Source of the DNA: Squalus acanthias
Taxonomy: Eukaryota
Length of the DNA stretch: 64,000 bases
Direction: 5' to 3'
Assembly (NCBI GenBank): GCA_030390025.1
Contig: CM059432.1
Span: 143,594,001-143,658,000 of the forward strand
Part shown: positions 38,551 to 49,738 of the stretch, in pieces
Position numbering within the stretch: position 1 is the stretch's first letter
Layout: every line of letters begins with the position of its first letter
Made by a program: the position numbers and the translations under genes
The notes under the pieces: generated by a model
Told to the model about the DNA's origin: nothing
Seen by the model: only the letters and a program-made list of their open reading frames with translations
Databases searched by the model: none

Positions 38551-39461
38551 ATAGGATTCTGAGGGGCTTGACAGGGTAGATGCAGGGAGGATGTTTCCCC
38601 TCGTGGGGGAGTCTAGAACTAGGGGGCATAGTTTCAGAATAAGGGGTCGCCCATTTAAGACGGAGATGAGGAGGAATTTCTTCTCTCAGAGGTTCGTGAA
38701 TCTTTGGAATTCTCTCCCCCAGAGAGCTGTGGAGGCTGGGTCATTGAATATATTTAAGGTGGAGATAGACAGATTTTTGAGCAACAGGGGAGTCAAGGGT
38801 TATGGGGAACAGGCAGGAAAGTGGAGTTGAGGCCAAGACCAGATCAGCCATGATCTCATTGAATGGCGGAGCAGGCTCGAGGGGCCGAATGGCCTACTTC
38901 TGCTCCTATTTCTTATGTTCTTAAAACTTACTGCCTGGATCTCCTGCGCCCCGGAGATCGTGACGCCATCCGGTGCGCGTCGCCCCGTTACCGCCTTGGA
39001 TCCTAAATTCGCTTCCGCCCCCTGCAGCTTCGCCGGGCGTCGGCAACGGCAGCCGCAGGAGGCGAGTGACCTCGGCCAGCCGCTTGGGGAGCAGTAATTA
39101 AAGGGATTGGTGGCCGGGTAGGTCCAAAAAAAAATTCTCGCCCCTTTGTGCTGTTTTTTTTAATTTTTCATTGCCACGATTGATCGGCCCTGCACTCTCT
39201 TAGAGCGCTTGGGGCTGCTCCTCGTGGACCGCAGGTGCCATCACTGACCCCTTACCTTTAACTGCTGTGAGCATTGCCCCTTCCCTTTAAGGGAGGGAGG
39301 GTGCCGGCGAATCCGGCCGCGTTGCACGGAACATTGCTCAGCGCTCTGGCGATACTGTCCCTCTCACTCCCTTTAGCGCTCTAAGGGAAGTGGTAGCGTT
39401 TGATTTAGCGCTCCACTTCCCTCTTGGAGCGCGACAACTGAATTTCGCAGGAGCCTCTCAT

Positions 39462-39772
39462 CAACACGGTGGCATAGTGGTTAGCACTGGTGCCTCACAG
39501 CGCCAGAGACCCGGGTTCAAATCTGACCTCGGGTGACTGTCTGTGTGGAGTTTGCACATTCTCCCCGTGTCTGCGTGGGTTTCCTCCGGGTGCTCCGGTT
39601 TCCTCCCACAGTCCAAAAATGTGCGGGTTAGGTTGATTTGGCTATGATAAATTGACCCTTAGTGTTAGGGGGGGATTAAATATGTGGGGTTATGGGGATA
39701 GGATGGGATATGTTAGGGGGAATTAAATACGTGGGGTTACGGGGGTAGGGTGGGATATGTGTACTGTGGGGA
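39462..39772 (+). mobile_element. V-SINE (HE1-like)
   Basis: Close copy of 37101-37412. Confidence 0.8.
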
Positions 39773-40176
39773 TTAAAGCAGGGACAGGGTACTGGATTTG
39801 GATGATCAGCCATGATCGTATTGAATGGTGGAGCAGGCTCGACGGGCCGAATGGCCTACTCCTGTTCCTAGATTCTATGTTTCTATGTTTAGCGCCTGCC
39901 GATAATCTTTCCGCTTCCGGGGCTGTCATGAATTTCTCCCCAAAGGGTAGTGGAAATCTGGAACTCTCTCCCCCAAAAGCCTGTGGATGCTAGGGGTCAA
40001 TTGAAATTTTCAAGACCGAGAAGGATAGATTTTTGTTGGGTGAGGGTATCAAAGGATATGGAACAAAGGCGGGTAAATGGAGTTGAGGTACAGATCAGCC
40101 ACAATCTAATTGAATGGCGTAACAGGCTCGAGGGGCTGAATGGCCTCCTCCTTTTGGGTGGGAAATCCAGGGTGTA

Positions 40177-41005
40177 AGGGCCGAGACAGCTGAAGACATG
40201 GCCACCAATGGTGGGGCAAAGGGAGTGGGGGATGCACAAGAGGCAAGAGTTGGAAGAACGCAGAGATCTCGAAGGGTTGGAGGAAGTTACGGAGTTAGGG
40301 AGGGGTGAGGCCATGGAGGGATTTGAACACAAGGATGAGAGTTTTAAATTCTGGGTGTTACTGGCCCAGGAGCCAATGTAGGTCACTAAGGGTGATGGGT
40401 GAACGGGACTGGGTGTGAGTTAGGATACGGGCAGCAGAGTGTTGGATGAGCTAAAGCTTATGGAGCATAGAAAGGATAACAACAATAACTTGTATTTATA
40501 TAGCACCTTTAATGTAGTAAAATATTCCAAGGCACTTCACAGCAGCGATTATCAAACAAAATTTGACACCGAGCCACATAAGGAGATATTAGAGCAAAAG
40601 ACCAAAAACTTGGTCAATGAGGTAGGTTTTAAGGAGCGTCTTAAAGGAGGAAAGAGAGGTAGAGAGACGGAGAGGTTTAGGGAGGGAATTCCAGAGTTTA
40701 GGGCCTAGGCAACAGAAGGTACGGCCGCCAATGGTGGAGCAATGGAAATCGGGGATGTCCAAGAGGCCAGAATTGGAGGAGCACAGATATCTCGGGGGGT
40801 TGTGGGGCTGAAGGAGATTACAGAGACAAGGAGGGGTGAGGCCATGGAGGGATTTGAGAACAAGGATGAGAATGTTAAAATCGAGGCACTGCTTAACCGG
40901 GAGCCAATGTAGGTCAGCGAGCACAGTGGGTGATGGGTGAATGAGACTTGGTGCGAGTTAGGATACGGGCAGCAGAGTGTTTGATGAGCTGAAGCTTATG
41001 GAGCA
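40177..41005 (-). mobile_element. Two tandem L2-like 3' fragments (similar ones about 340-672 and 10985-11310)
   Basis: LADLHWLPVKQ..FKTLLKTYL. Confidence 0.8.
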
Positions 41006-41049
41006 TAAAAAGGATCCATCATATGTAATTATCGCCTCAATGTCTGCAG

Positions 41050-41198
41050 GACAATCAAATCCCATGGAGGCTTGGTCGAATAATGAGGTCCATGGAGGAA
41101 TTTATGGTGTTTACATGAACCAAGATGGCCTCCCCAGTTGCTCCCTTATCCAAGGATTCACAATCTGGAAATGCTGGGACTATGGAATATACGTCCAG
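41050..41198 (+). CDS. PKHD1L1: PKHD1L1 exon 20
   Basis: cag|GA..CAG|gtaaaa; QSNPMEAWSNNEVHGGIYGVYMNQDGLP...CWDYGIYVQ. Confidence 0.93.
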
Positions 41199-42840
41199 GT
41201 AAAAGTACCCTTTTATTTTTAGATCCATCTCATTCCGATCATCTGAAAAAAGAAATGTTTATTCAGCGCAGTTTGATCCAATAAATGGTATTTGTGAAAC
41301 TGAATAGAAAATTGTCACCTAGTGCTGAATACTTGGTGACTTTGGATCTTTCGAATACTAAGCCAGGTAACATCTGGCGATTTACACTTATTTATAACAC
41401 CGCACGTAACATTGAAAGTACAACAGTGTTTATTCTAAAATAGAACTAGAGGGAGCATGTGTGAGGAGTGCTTCTGGACAACAGTATCATGGCAGTGATG
41501 TCACCTTTTAGTTCAGAGCAATTTTTCAGATAAAAGCATTATGTTAGAGTACAAAAGCAAGGAAGTTATGCTAAACCTTTATAAATCACCTGCGTTAGGA
41601 CTCAGCTGGAGTATTGGGGGCGATTTTAAACCTATTCGCTCAGCAGAAACCTGGCGGGCGGGCAGTTAAAATCGCCCTGGCTCTTACCTGTCTGAAAGCC
41701 GCCATGATGGCAACATCTGCAATTTTAACCTGCTCTCCTGAGCAGGCAGCAAGGACACGCGCCCGGAGCCAACAGGGTCCTTCTTTACATAGGCATGTTG
41801 TGACCCAATGACCTCATTGAGACCCGACTGTAATTTTAATTCAGGCCTGAGCGGGGAATCCACCTGGAGTTAAAATCCAATTCTGGGCACCGCACTTTAG
41901 GAAGGATGTCAAGGCCTTGGAGAGGGTGCAGAGGAGATTTACTAGAATGGTACCAGGGATGAGGGACTTCAGTTATGTAGCGAGACTGGAGAAGCTGGGG
42001 TTATTGTCCTTGGAGCAGAGATGGTTAAGGGAAGATTTGATAGAGTAAATAAGGAGAAATTGTTCCCACGGGCAGGAGGATCGGTAACCAGAGGACACAG
42101 TTTTAAGACCATTGCCAAAAGATCCAGAGGGGAGATGAGGAAAAAAAAATTACGCAGTGAAGTGTTGTGATCTGGAATGCACTGCCTGAAAGGGTGGTGG
42201 AAGCTCTTTTGGACCAGCACAGGCACAATGGGCAGAATGGCCTCCTTCTGTGCTGGATCATTGTATGAACAGCATTGTGTTTGTCCGCATCCCTAACAGA
42301 GGATGCTGTTTCTATGACACTGTTTCCATAGCAACAGATTGTACCCACCTGGAAGTTCCGCACGGCTCTCTTGTGTTTCCTTGTTCCTAGTTCAATGTCC
42401 AGTTGTGAGGTGACCACTGGTATCGCTCGATCCCGAACAATCCGCACTGGAGAAGGGAATGAAGTGGATAGCCCATTTCATCAGGTGTTATACCTGAGAC
42501 ACCCTGGCGCCCTGCGATTAGGCAGCTGCAGAAATCATCGCCCAGTCTAGCGGGCTCAAAGCTTCTCCTCACCACTGTATTTCACTTTGGCAGTCATCCC
42601 CATCGTAACTGTACTGGAACCACTGCAATATCTGATGTCATGGCCCCTGTCAGTGGCACCAATCTTCTATGATATCCAGCTCCCTAATCCCCATGTATTT
42701 CTCCAGCATGTGTAGCGTGCAGAAGGTGAATTGGAGCAGGACTTTTGCCAATCCACTGATCTCAACTCCCTTAACCAGCTGGGCTGGAGTCCAATTTCAC
42801 AGGTTATTGTGTAAAATGTGAAATGTTTGGGGACATTTGC

Positions 42841-43416
42841 TGTGTACAGACCTCCAGCAATGCTACTTTGAAACTAACCTCTGCTGGCTTTAGAGCAGAT
42901 CGGCAACCTTAACCCGCAGTCTTGGTGCTGCAGGATCCAATCCCGGTTATTTTCAGTTGTTTGATCTGTGGATCAATGGGAAATGGAGGATTGGATTCAG
43001 AGCTCATGGTATTGGTAGACCAGATACCACCCAGCTGCCATCAACATCCGGCGGTCTCACAAAAATCTTCAAAGTTTTTGGGTCTTTTTTTGAGCGGTCT
43101 CCAACGGTCCCTTTAAGAACTCCTGGTTAGGCTGCTCAAGACCCGGGAATGCCGCACGGAGATCGCCCATCGCTCTAAGGGAGGATAGAAAGTTCCATCC
43201 CCAAAGAGTTCAACAGATGGGGACCAGCTACATCCAGCTGTCCCGCTATACTCCCACCAAGTTTGCGGGCATTTCTTGGGGCCAGTGACGGTAAAGCAGG
43301 GGAAAATAACCGGGATTGGATCCTGCAGCACCAAGACTTGCGAGTTAAGGTTGCCGATCTGCTCTGAAGCCAGCAGTGATTAGTTTCAAAGTCGCATTGC
43401 TGGAGGTCTGTACACA
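42841..43416. repeat. About 114-bp inverted repeat with a roughly 350-bp spacer
   Basis: 42841-42954 is the reverse complement of 43302-43416 with few mismatches. Confidence 0.85.
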
Positions 43417-43924
43417 CCAATGGGTCCTACATGCCAGGGATACTGCACGTTACGTGGGGATACAGTTGGGGTGGTCTAGTAAAACAAAACTTACAATAAT
43501 GGAACGCCAAGACTTCAGAGAAGAGAAACATCTTTAACGTTTGAGAAGACAAGAGCAAATCCGTTGGACACCTTTTGTGTTTTTAGTCTTAGTTGGAGAC
43601 ATATGGCAATGGACCAGCAGAGGAAAGACCCAATGATGTTTTCCACACAGCAGGAGGCCAAGGTGCCTGCCAGCTCCTTGCCAGCGGTGCAGATTCGCCA
43701 GAATGATACCGGGGCAGAAAGAGCAACATAATGAGGACAGGTTGCAGAAGCTTATTTTGTATTCCCTTGAGTTTATAAGGTTGAGGGGTGATCTAGTCGA
43801 GGTGTTTAAAATGTTAAACAGATTCGACAGGGTAGATACAGTGAAACTATTTCCTCACCCAGAACAAGGGGGCACAATCTTAATCATCCAGATTGAAACA
43901 TAACCCGTCTTTATTTTATTACAG

Positions 43925-44047
43925 ACAGATGAATCAGTGCAGATCTCCAAGGTGACTCTGGTGGACAACGGAATGGGTATTTTCCCAATGATTTACAGCC
44001 CGCCAGCGAAATCTCACCAGATATCCAAGAAAACCATTCTCATCAAT
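43925..44047 (+). CDS. PKHD1L1: PKHD1L1 exon 21
   Basis: cag|ACA..AAT|gtatgt; TDESVQISKVTLVDNGMGIFPMIY. Confidence 0.91.
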
Positions 44048-44711
44048 GTATGTCATCTTGCTCTGCTGCACTGTGCTATTGAGCGTCCAACTGTTCACGT
44101 TTATGCCGTTGATTTGAACGATATTGCAGAAATGAAGCGTGCTCATTTTTCAGTAAATGTAGTCAACAGTGAGCGTGGTTTATATCTTTCATTTAGCTAT
44201 CATGAAGTTCTGTCAGTGATTTTTTTTTTAATATAATGTGTAGACCGAGCTTTTTAATAAATATGAAGGGGGGTGTAAATTCAAAATGAATCTGCGAAAA
44301 CAATATTTCAGTGAGCGAGCGGTCAATCTACGGAACAGGCTCCCTAGGGAGTCGGTGGAAGCAGAGAGTATCGATTAGTTCATTTGCAAATTCGATAGGT
44401 TTCTTTCAGAAAATAACATTTTGTGCTCCAGTATACGAGTAATGTGAGACATGAGGTGTGGTGAGTGCAGCGAGCTCGGGAGCAACAGGTGACTCTGGAC
44501 CGATGGTTCCCAAAGCTCTCCACCTCTGGGGGTTTTCCTCGCCTCATGTCTGGGTCTGTTGTAGACTAATCGATAGAGATCGGTTGTCGTGATTAGTCAA
44601 CAACTCCATTATTGTTGTATCATACGACTACCAGGATGGTACAACATGAACTAGATGAACCTTGGTCTTTTTCGCCCAGCAATTCCTGTGTTCCTGTGTG
44701 TTTTTCCAAAG

Positions 44712-44814
44712 AATGCCTTGGTGGTAGGAATTAGTCCCAACTTCAACTGCTCGTCTATATTGCGTGACGATTCTATTCTGAAACATAGGAATCGGAACCC
44801 CAGCCAACCTTCAG
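44712..44814 (+). CDS. PKHD1L1: PKHD1L1 exon 22
   Basis: aag|AAT..TCAG|gtaagg; NALVVGISPNFNCS...RNPSQPS. Confidence 0.87.
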
Positions 44815-45489
44815 GTAAGGACAACCTGTTTCAAACAAAGAACAAATGCAAGTGTGATTTGTCCGAGTAGAATCAGAGAATCATCAAGTGATACAGTACA
44901 GAAGGAATGCATTCGTCCCATTGAGTCTGTGCCGGCTCTTTCGAAGATCAGTCCAGTTAGTCTCACTCCCCCGCTCTTCCCCCATATCCCTGCAATTTTT
45001 TCCCTTTCAAGTATTTATCCAATTCTCTTTTGAAGACGACTATTGAATCTGTATCCACCGCCCTATCAGGCAGTGCATTCCAAATCCTAACCACTCGTTG
45101 CGTAAAAAAGTTTTTCCTCCTGTCGCCTCTGGTTCTTTTGCCAATCACCTTAAATCCGTGCCCTCTCGTTATCGACCCTTCAGCCACTGGAAACAGTTTC
45201 TCTTTATTTACTCTATCAAAACCCTTCATGGTTTTAAACACCTCCATCAAATCTCCTCCCGGCCTTCTCTGCTCTAAGGAGAACAAGCCCAGCTTCTTCA
45301 TTCTATCCACGTAACTGTAATCCCTCATCCCTGCAACCATTCTAGTAAATCTCTTCTGTACCCTCTCCAAAGTCTTCATGTTCTTCCTAAAGTGTGGCGC
45401 CCAGAATTGGACACAATACTCCAGCTGGGGCCGAACTAGGTTTAGCATAACTTCCTGGCTATCGTACTCTCTGCCTCTATTTATAAAGC

Positions 45490-46012
45490 GGTCATGATGC
45501 GGAGATGCAGGTGTTGGACTGGGGTGGACAAAATTGAGAGGTCGCACAACACCAGGTTATAGTCCAACAGTTTTATTTGAAATCACAAGCTTTCGGAGCT
45601 ATCGATTTGCTCCTTCCTCAGGTGAAGTAAATTAGATACAGAATCTCCAAAGCATATATAGATGGAAAACAAAGTATGTGTACTTTACAATTGCAGACCA
45701 ATAAATTAAATTGAGGAGTGTGCGAGAGGTACGACGGCAGAGTCTCTCAGCGTAGTCTGTTGAGGAGTGTGCGAGAGGTACGACGGCAGAGTCTCTCAGC
45801 GTAGTCTGTTGAGGAGTGTGCGAGAGGTACGACGGCAGAATTTAATTTATTGGTCTGCAATTGTAAAGTACACATACTTTGTTTTCCATCTATATATGCT
45901 TTGGAGATTCTGTATCTAATTTACTTCACCTGAGGAAGGAGCAAATCGATAGCTCCGAAAGCTTGTGATTTCAAATAAAACTGTTGGACTATAACCTGGT
46001 GTTGTGCGACCT
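45490..46012. mobile_element. Palindromic Penelope-like remnant (family A 3' ends in inverted orientation)
   Basis: 177-bp inverted arms at 45536-45712 and 45839-46015, partly homologous to 58205-58331; TSD ctctatttataaagc at 45475-45489 and 46013-46027. Confidence 0.88.
45926..45968 (+). ncRNA. Minimal hammerhead ribozyme motif, family A (inverted copy at 45583-45625)
   Basis: tcac-CTGAGGA-a-GGAGC/GCTCC-GAAA-gc-TT-gtga. Confidence 0.72.
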
Positions 46013-46490
46013 CTCTATTTATAAAGCCCAGGATCCCATAAGCTTTATTAACTGCTTTGGAACAGAGGAACATAGGAACAGGAGTCGGCCATTCAGCCCC
46101 TCAAGCCTGTTCCGCCATTCAATGAGATCATGGTTGATCTGTGACCGAACTCCATATACCTGCCTTTGCCCCATATCCCTTAATACCTTTGGTTAAGCAG
46201 AAATCTATCAACTTCAGATTTAATATTAACAATTAACCCAGCATCAACTGCTGTTTGCGGAAGAGAGTTCCAAACTTCTACCACCCTTTGTGTGTAGAAG
46301 TGTTTCCTAACTTCACTCCTGGAGGGCCTGGCTCTAATTATTAGACTATGCCCCCTAGTCCCAGACTCCCCAACCAGCAGAAATAGTTTCTCTCTACCCT
46401 ATCAGTTCCCCTCAATATCTTGAAAACTTTGATCAAATCGCCCCTTAATCTTCCAAATTCCAGGGAATACAACTCTAGTTTGTATTATCT

Positions 46491-46731
46491 GTCACATTAA
46501 CACCACCTCTAGCCTTGCATATCTCTTAATGTCTCTTAATGTCTCTTCATCTCCCCCTTTGTTCTTTTATCCCCTCCCCCTTTTCCCAGCTTTACTCTGG
46601 CCTTAAATCTATTTGATTTCCGGCTCTTCACAGTTCTGACGAAAGGTCATCGACCTGAAACGTTAACTCTCTTTCTCTCTCCACGGATGCTGCCTGGCCT
46701 GCTGAGTTTTTCCAGCGTTTTCTGTTGTTAT
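46491..46731 (+). mobile_element. Penelope-like family B 3' fragment
   Basis: Essentially identical to about 49100-49341; TSD tctagtttgtattatct at 46474-46490 and 46732-46748. Confidence 0.85.
46632..46668 (+). ncRNA. Minimal hammerhead ribozyme motif, family B
   Basis: agtt-CTGACGA-a-AGGTC/GACCT-GAAA-cg-TT-aact. Confidence 0.72.
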
Positions 46732-47829
46732 TCTAGTTTGTATTATCTCTCCTCGTAATTTAACCCTTGGAGTCCGGGTATCATTCAAGTAAATCTACGC
46801 TGCACTCCCTCCAAGGCAAATATATGCTTCCTAAGGTGTGATGCCCAGAACTGCTCACAGTACTCCAGGTGTGGTCTAACCAGGGCTTTGTATAGCTGTA
46901 GCATAATCTCTACCCCCTTGTATTCTAGTCCTCTAGATATAAAGGCCAGCATCCCATTAGCCTTTTTGATTATTTTTTGTACCTGTCCATGACATGTTAA
47001 TGATCTATGTACCTGGACCCTTAAGTCTCTTTGGACTTCCACTGTTTCTAGCTTTTCACCATTTAGAAAGTACTTTGTTCTATCCTTTTTAGGTCCAAAG
47101 TAGATGATCTCACACTTGCCTATATTGAAATCCATTTATCACAGTTTAGCCCATTCACTTAATCTATTAATATCTCTTTGTAATTTTAGGCTTCCATCTA
47201 CACTGCTTACAATGCCGCCTATCTTTGCGTCATCGACAAACTTGGATATGTGGCTTTCTATCACATCATCTAAGTCGTTAATAAATACGGTGAACAGTTG
47301 AGGCCCCAACACAGATCCTTGCGGGACACCACTGTCAATTAGAGTACCTGCCCATTATCCCTACTCTCTGTCTCTTGCCGCTCAGCCAATTTCCTAACCA
47401 GGTCAATATCTGCCCTCAATTCCATGAGCTTCAACTTTAGTTAACAGTCTCTTATAAGGGACTTTATCAAATGCCTTCTGGAAGTCCATATAAATAACAT
47501 CCATAGACATTCCCCTGTCCACTACTTTAGTCACCTCTTCAAAAAATTCAATCAGGTTTGTCAGGCATGTCCTACCCTTTACAAATCCATGCTGGCTCTC
47601 TCTGATCAGCTGAAAATTTTCAAGGTGTTCAGTCACCCTATCCTTAATTATAGACTCTAGCAATTTTCCGACAACAGATGTTAGGCTAACTGGTCTATAA
47701 TTCCCTAATTTCCCTCTCTCGCCATTCTTAAATAGCGGAGTGACATGCAATATTCCCCGCAATTGTTTTTAGGCCACGCGGCCCCTTCAACGGGCTGCAC
47801 GGCCCATTCAAAAGTCCCATTGCAAGTAA

Positions 47830-48404
47830 AATTAAGGAAAAGGTGTTTTATAAATACATAAAGAGCAAGAAGATAACTAAGGAAAGCGTGGGGCCTATTA
47901 GAGACCAAAAAGGTAACTTGTGTGTGGAGGCTGAAGACATGGGCACGGTTCTTAATGAATACTTTGCATCTGACTTCACAGAAGAGAGGGAAGAAGCAGA
48001 CATTGTAGTTAAGGAGGAGGAGTGTGAAATATTAGATGAGATAAACATAGTGAGAGAGGAAGTATTAAGGGGATTAGCACCTTTGAAATTAGATAAATCA
48101 TCAGGCCCGGATGAAATGTATCCCAGGCTGTTAAGAGAAGCAAGGAAGAAAATAGCAGAGGCTCCGACCATCATTTTCCAATCCTCTCTGACTGCAGGCG
48201 TGGTGCCAGAGGACTCGAGGACTCCTAACATTGTACTGTTGTTTTAAAAGGGAGAAGGGGATTACAGGCCAGTTAGCCTAACCTTGATGGTGGGAAAATT
48301 ATTGGAAAAAATTCTGAGCAACAGTATTAATCATCATTTAGAAAGGCTCGGATTAATCAAGGACAGTCAGCATGGATTTGTTAAGGGAAGGTCATGTCTG
48401 ACTA
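47830..48404 (+). mobile_element. CR1 ORF2 fragment
   Basis: FYKYIKSK..KSSGPDEMYPRLL..SQHGFVKGRSCLT. Confidence 0.85.
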
Positions 48405-48405
48405 A

Positions 48406-49374
48406 ACAACAGAAAACGCTGGAAAAACTCAGCAGGCCAGGCAGCATCCGTGGAGAGAGAAAGAGAGTTAACGTTTCAGGTCGATGACCTTTCGTCAGAA
48501 CTGTGAAGAGCCGGAAATCAAATAGATTTAAGGCCAGAGTAAAGCTGGGAAAAGGGGGAGGGGATAAAAGAACAAAGGGGGAGATGAAGAGACATTAAGA
48601 GACATTAAGAGATATGCAAGGCTAGAGGTGGTGTTAATGTGACAGATTAAGGCTGAAAGAAGTGTGAAATCCACTGGCAGAATGAAGGACAGCTGCCAGC
48701 TTCTAGGAGGAAAAAAAAGGTGGGGAGGGCAAATAAAAGGGTGGAAAAAATAAAAGATAAATGTGATTGGAGCTGAGGTTATGATCTAAAATTGTTGAAC
48801 TCGATATTGAGTCCAGAGGGCTGTAGCGTGCCTAAACCGTCCTCGGCCTATTACACTGTTCCACGGAAGCGCAGCGTAAGCTCGAGGAACAGCACCTCAT
48901 CTTTCGTTTAGGCACGCTACAGCCCTCTGGACTCAATATCGAGTTCAACAATTTTAGATCATAACCTCAGCTCCAATCACATTTATCTTTTATTTTTTCC
49001 ACCCTTTTATTTGCCCTCCCCACCTTTTTTTTCCTCCTAGAAGCTGGCAGCTGTCCTTCATTCTGCCAGTGGATTTCACACTTCATTTAGCCTTAATCTG
49101 TCACATTAACACCACCTCTAGCCTTGCATATCTCTTAATGTCTCTTAATGTCTCTTCATCTCCCCCTTTGTTCTTTTATCCCCTCCCCCTTTTCCCAGCT
49201 TTACTCTGGCCTTAAATCTATTTGATTTCCGGCTCTTCACAGTTCTGACGAAAGGTCATCGACCTGAAACGTTAACTCTCTTTCTCTCTCCACGGATGCT
49301 GCCTGGCCTGCTGAGTTTTTCCAGCGTTTTCTGTTGTTATTTCAGATTTCCAGCATCCGCAGTATTTTGCTATC
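48406..49374. mobile_element. Palindromic Penelope-like remnant (family B) with GIY-YIG C-terminus
   Basis: 433-bp inverted arms at 48405-48837 and 48906-49338; + strand encodes VLGLLHCSTEAQRKLEEQHLIFRLGTLQPSGLNIEFNNFRS*; TSD gtcatgtctgactaa at 48391-48405 and 49375-49389. Confidence 0.88.
49241..49277 (+). ncRNA. Minimal hammerhead ribozyme motif, family B (inverted copy at 48466-48502)
   Basis: Identical to 46632-46668. Confidence 0.72.
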
Positions 49375-49738
49375 GTCATGTCTGACTAACTTGATTTGCA
49401 TGGGGGGTTGCTAGTGCTGTTGGGGAAGGTTTAAATTAATTTGGCTGGGGATGGGCACCAGGATGTGGCGTTAGAAAGAAGAAACAAGGTGCACAAAGGA
49501 TTTGGACAGACACATAGCACTAGAGTAAGAAATAGTATTAGGTAGGGTCAGACTAAGAGAGAATACAAGAAGGTCTAAGATAGGTTTACAGTGCATGTGT
49601 GTAAATGCACGAAGCGTGGTAAATAAGGTTGGTGAGCTGCAGGCGCAAATAGCCACATGGGAATATGATGCCGTGGTGATAACGGAGACCTGGCTCATAA
49701 AAGGGCAGGATTGGGTACTAAATATTCCTGGATATAAG

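Larger units (their letters stand above)
34660..38924 (+). mobile_element. Long decayed CR1 LINE (ORF1 esterase end, APE endonuclease, RT)
   Basis: [44 protein letters not shown]; several stops and frameshifts. Confidence 0.9.
34542..39941. mobile_element. Related Harbinger-like element split by nested CR1 and SINE insertions (own DNA about 34542-34660 and 38925-39941)
   Basis: Ends gggcgagaaatt / aatttctcccc; subterminal GC-rich motifs shared with copies 1-3. Confidence 0.6.
44868..47745 (-). mobile_element. CR1 fragments hosting Penelope-like remnants
   Basis: [29 protein letters not shown] on the minus strand. Confidence 0.85.
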
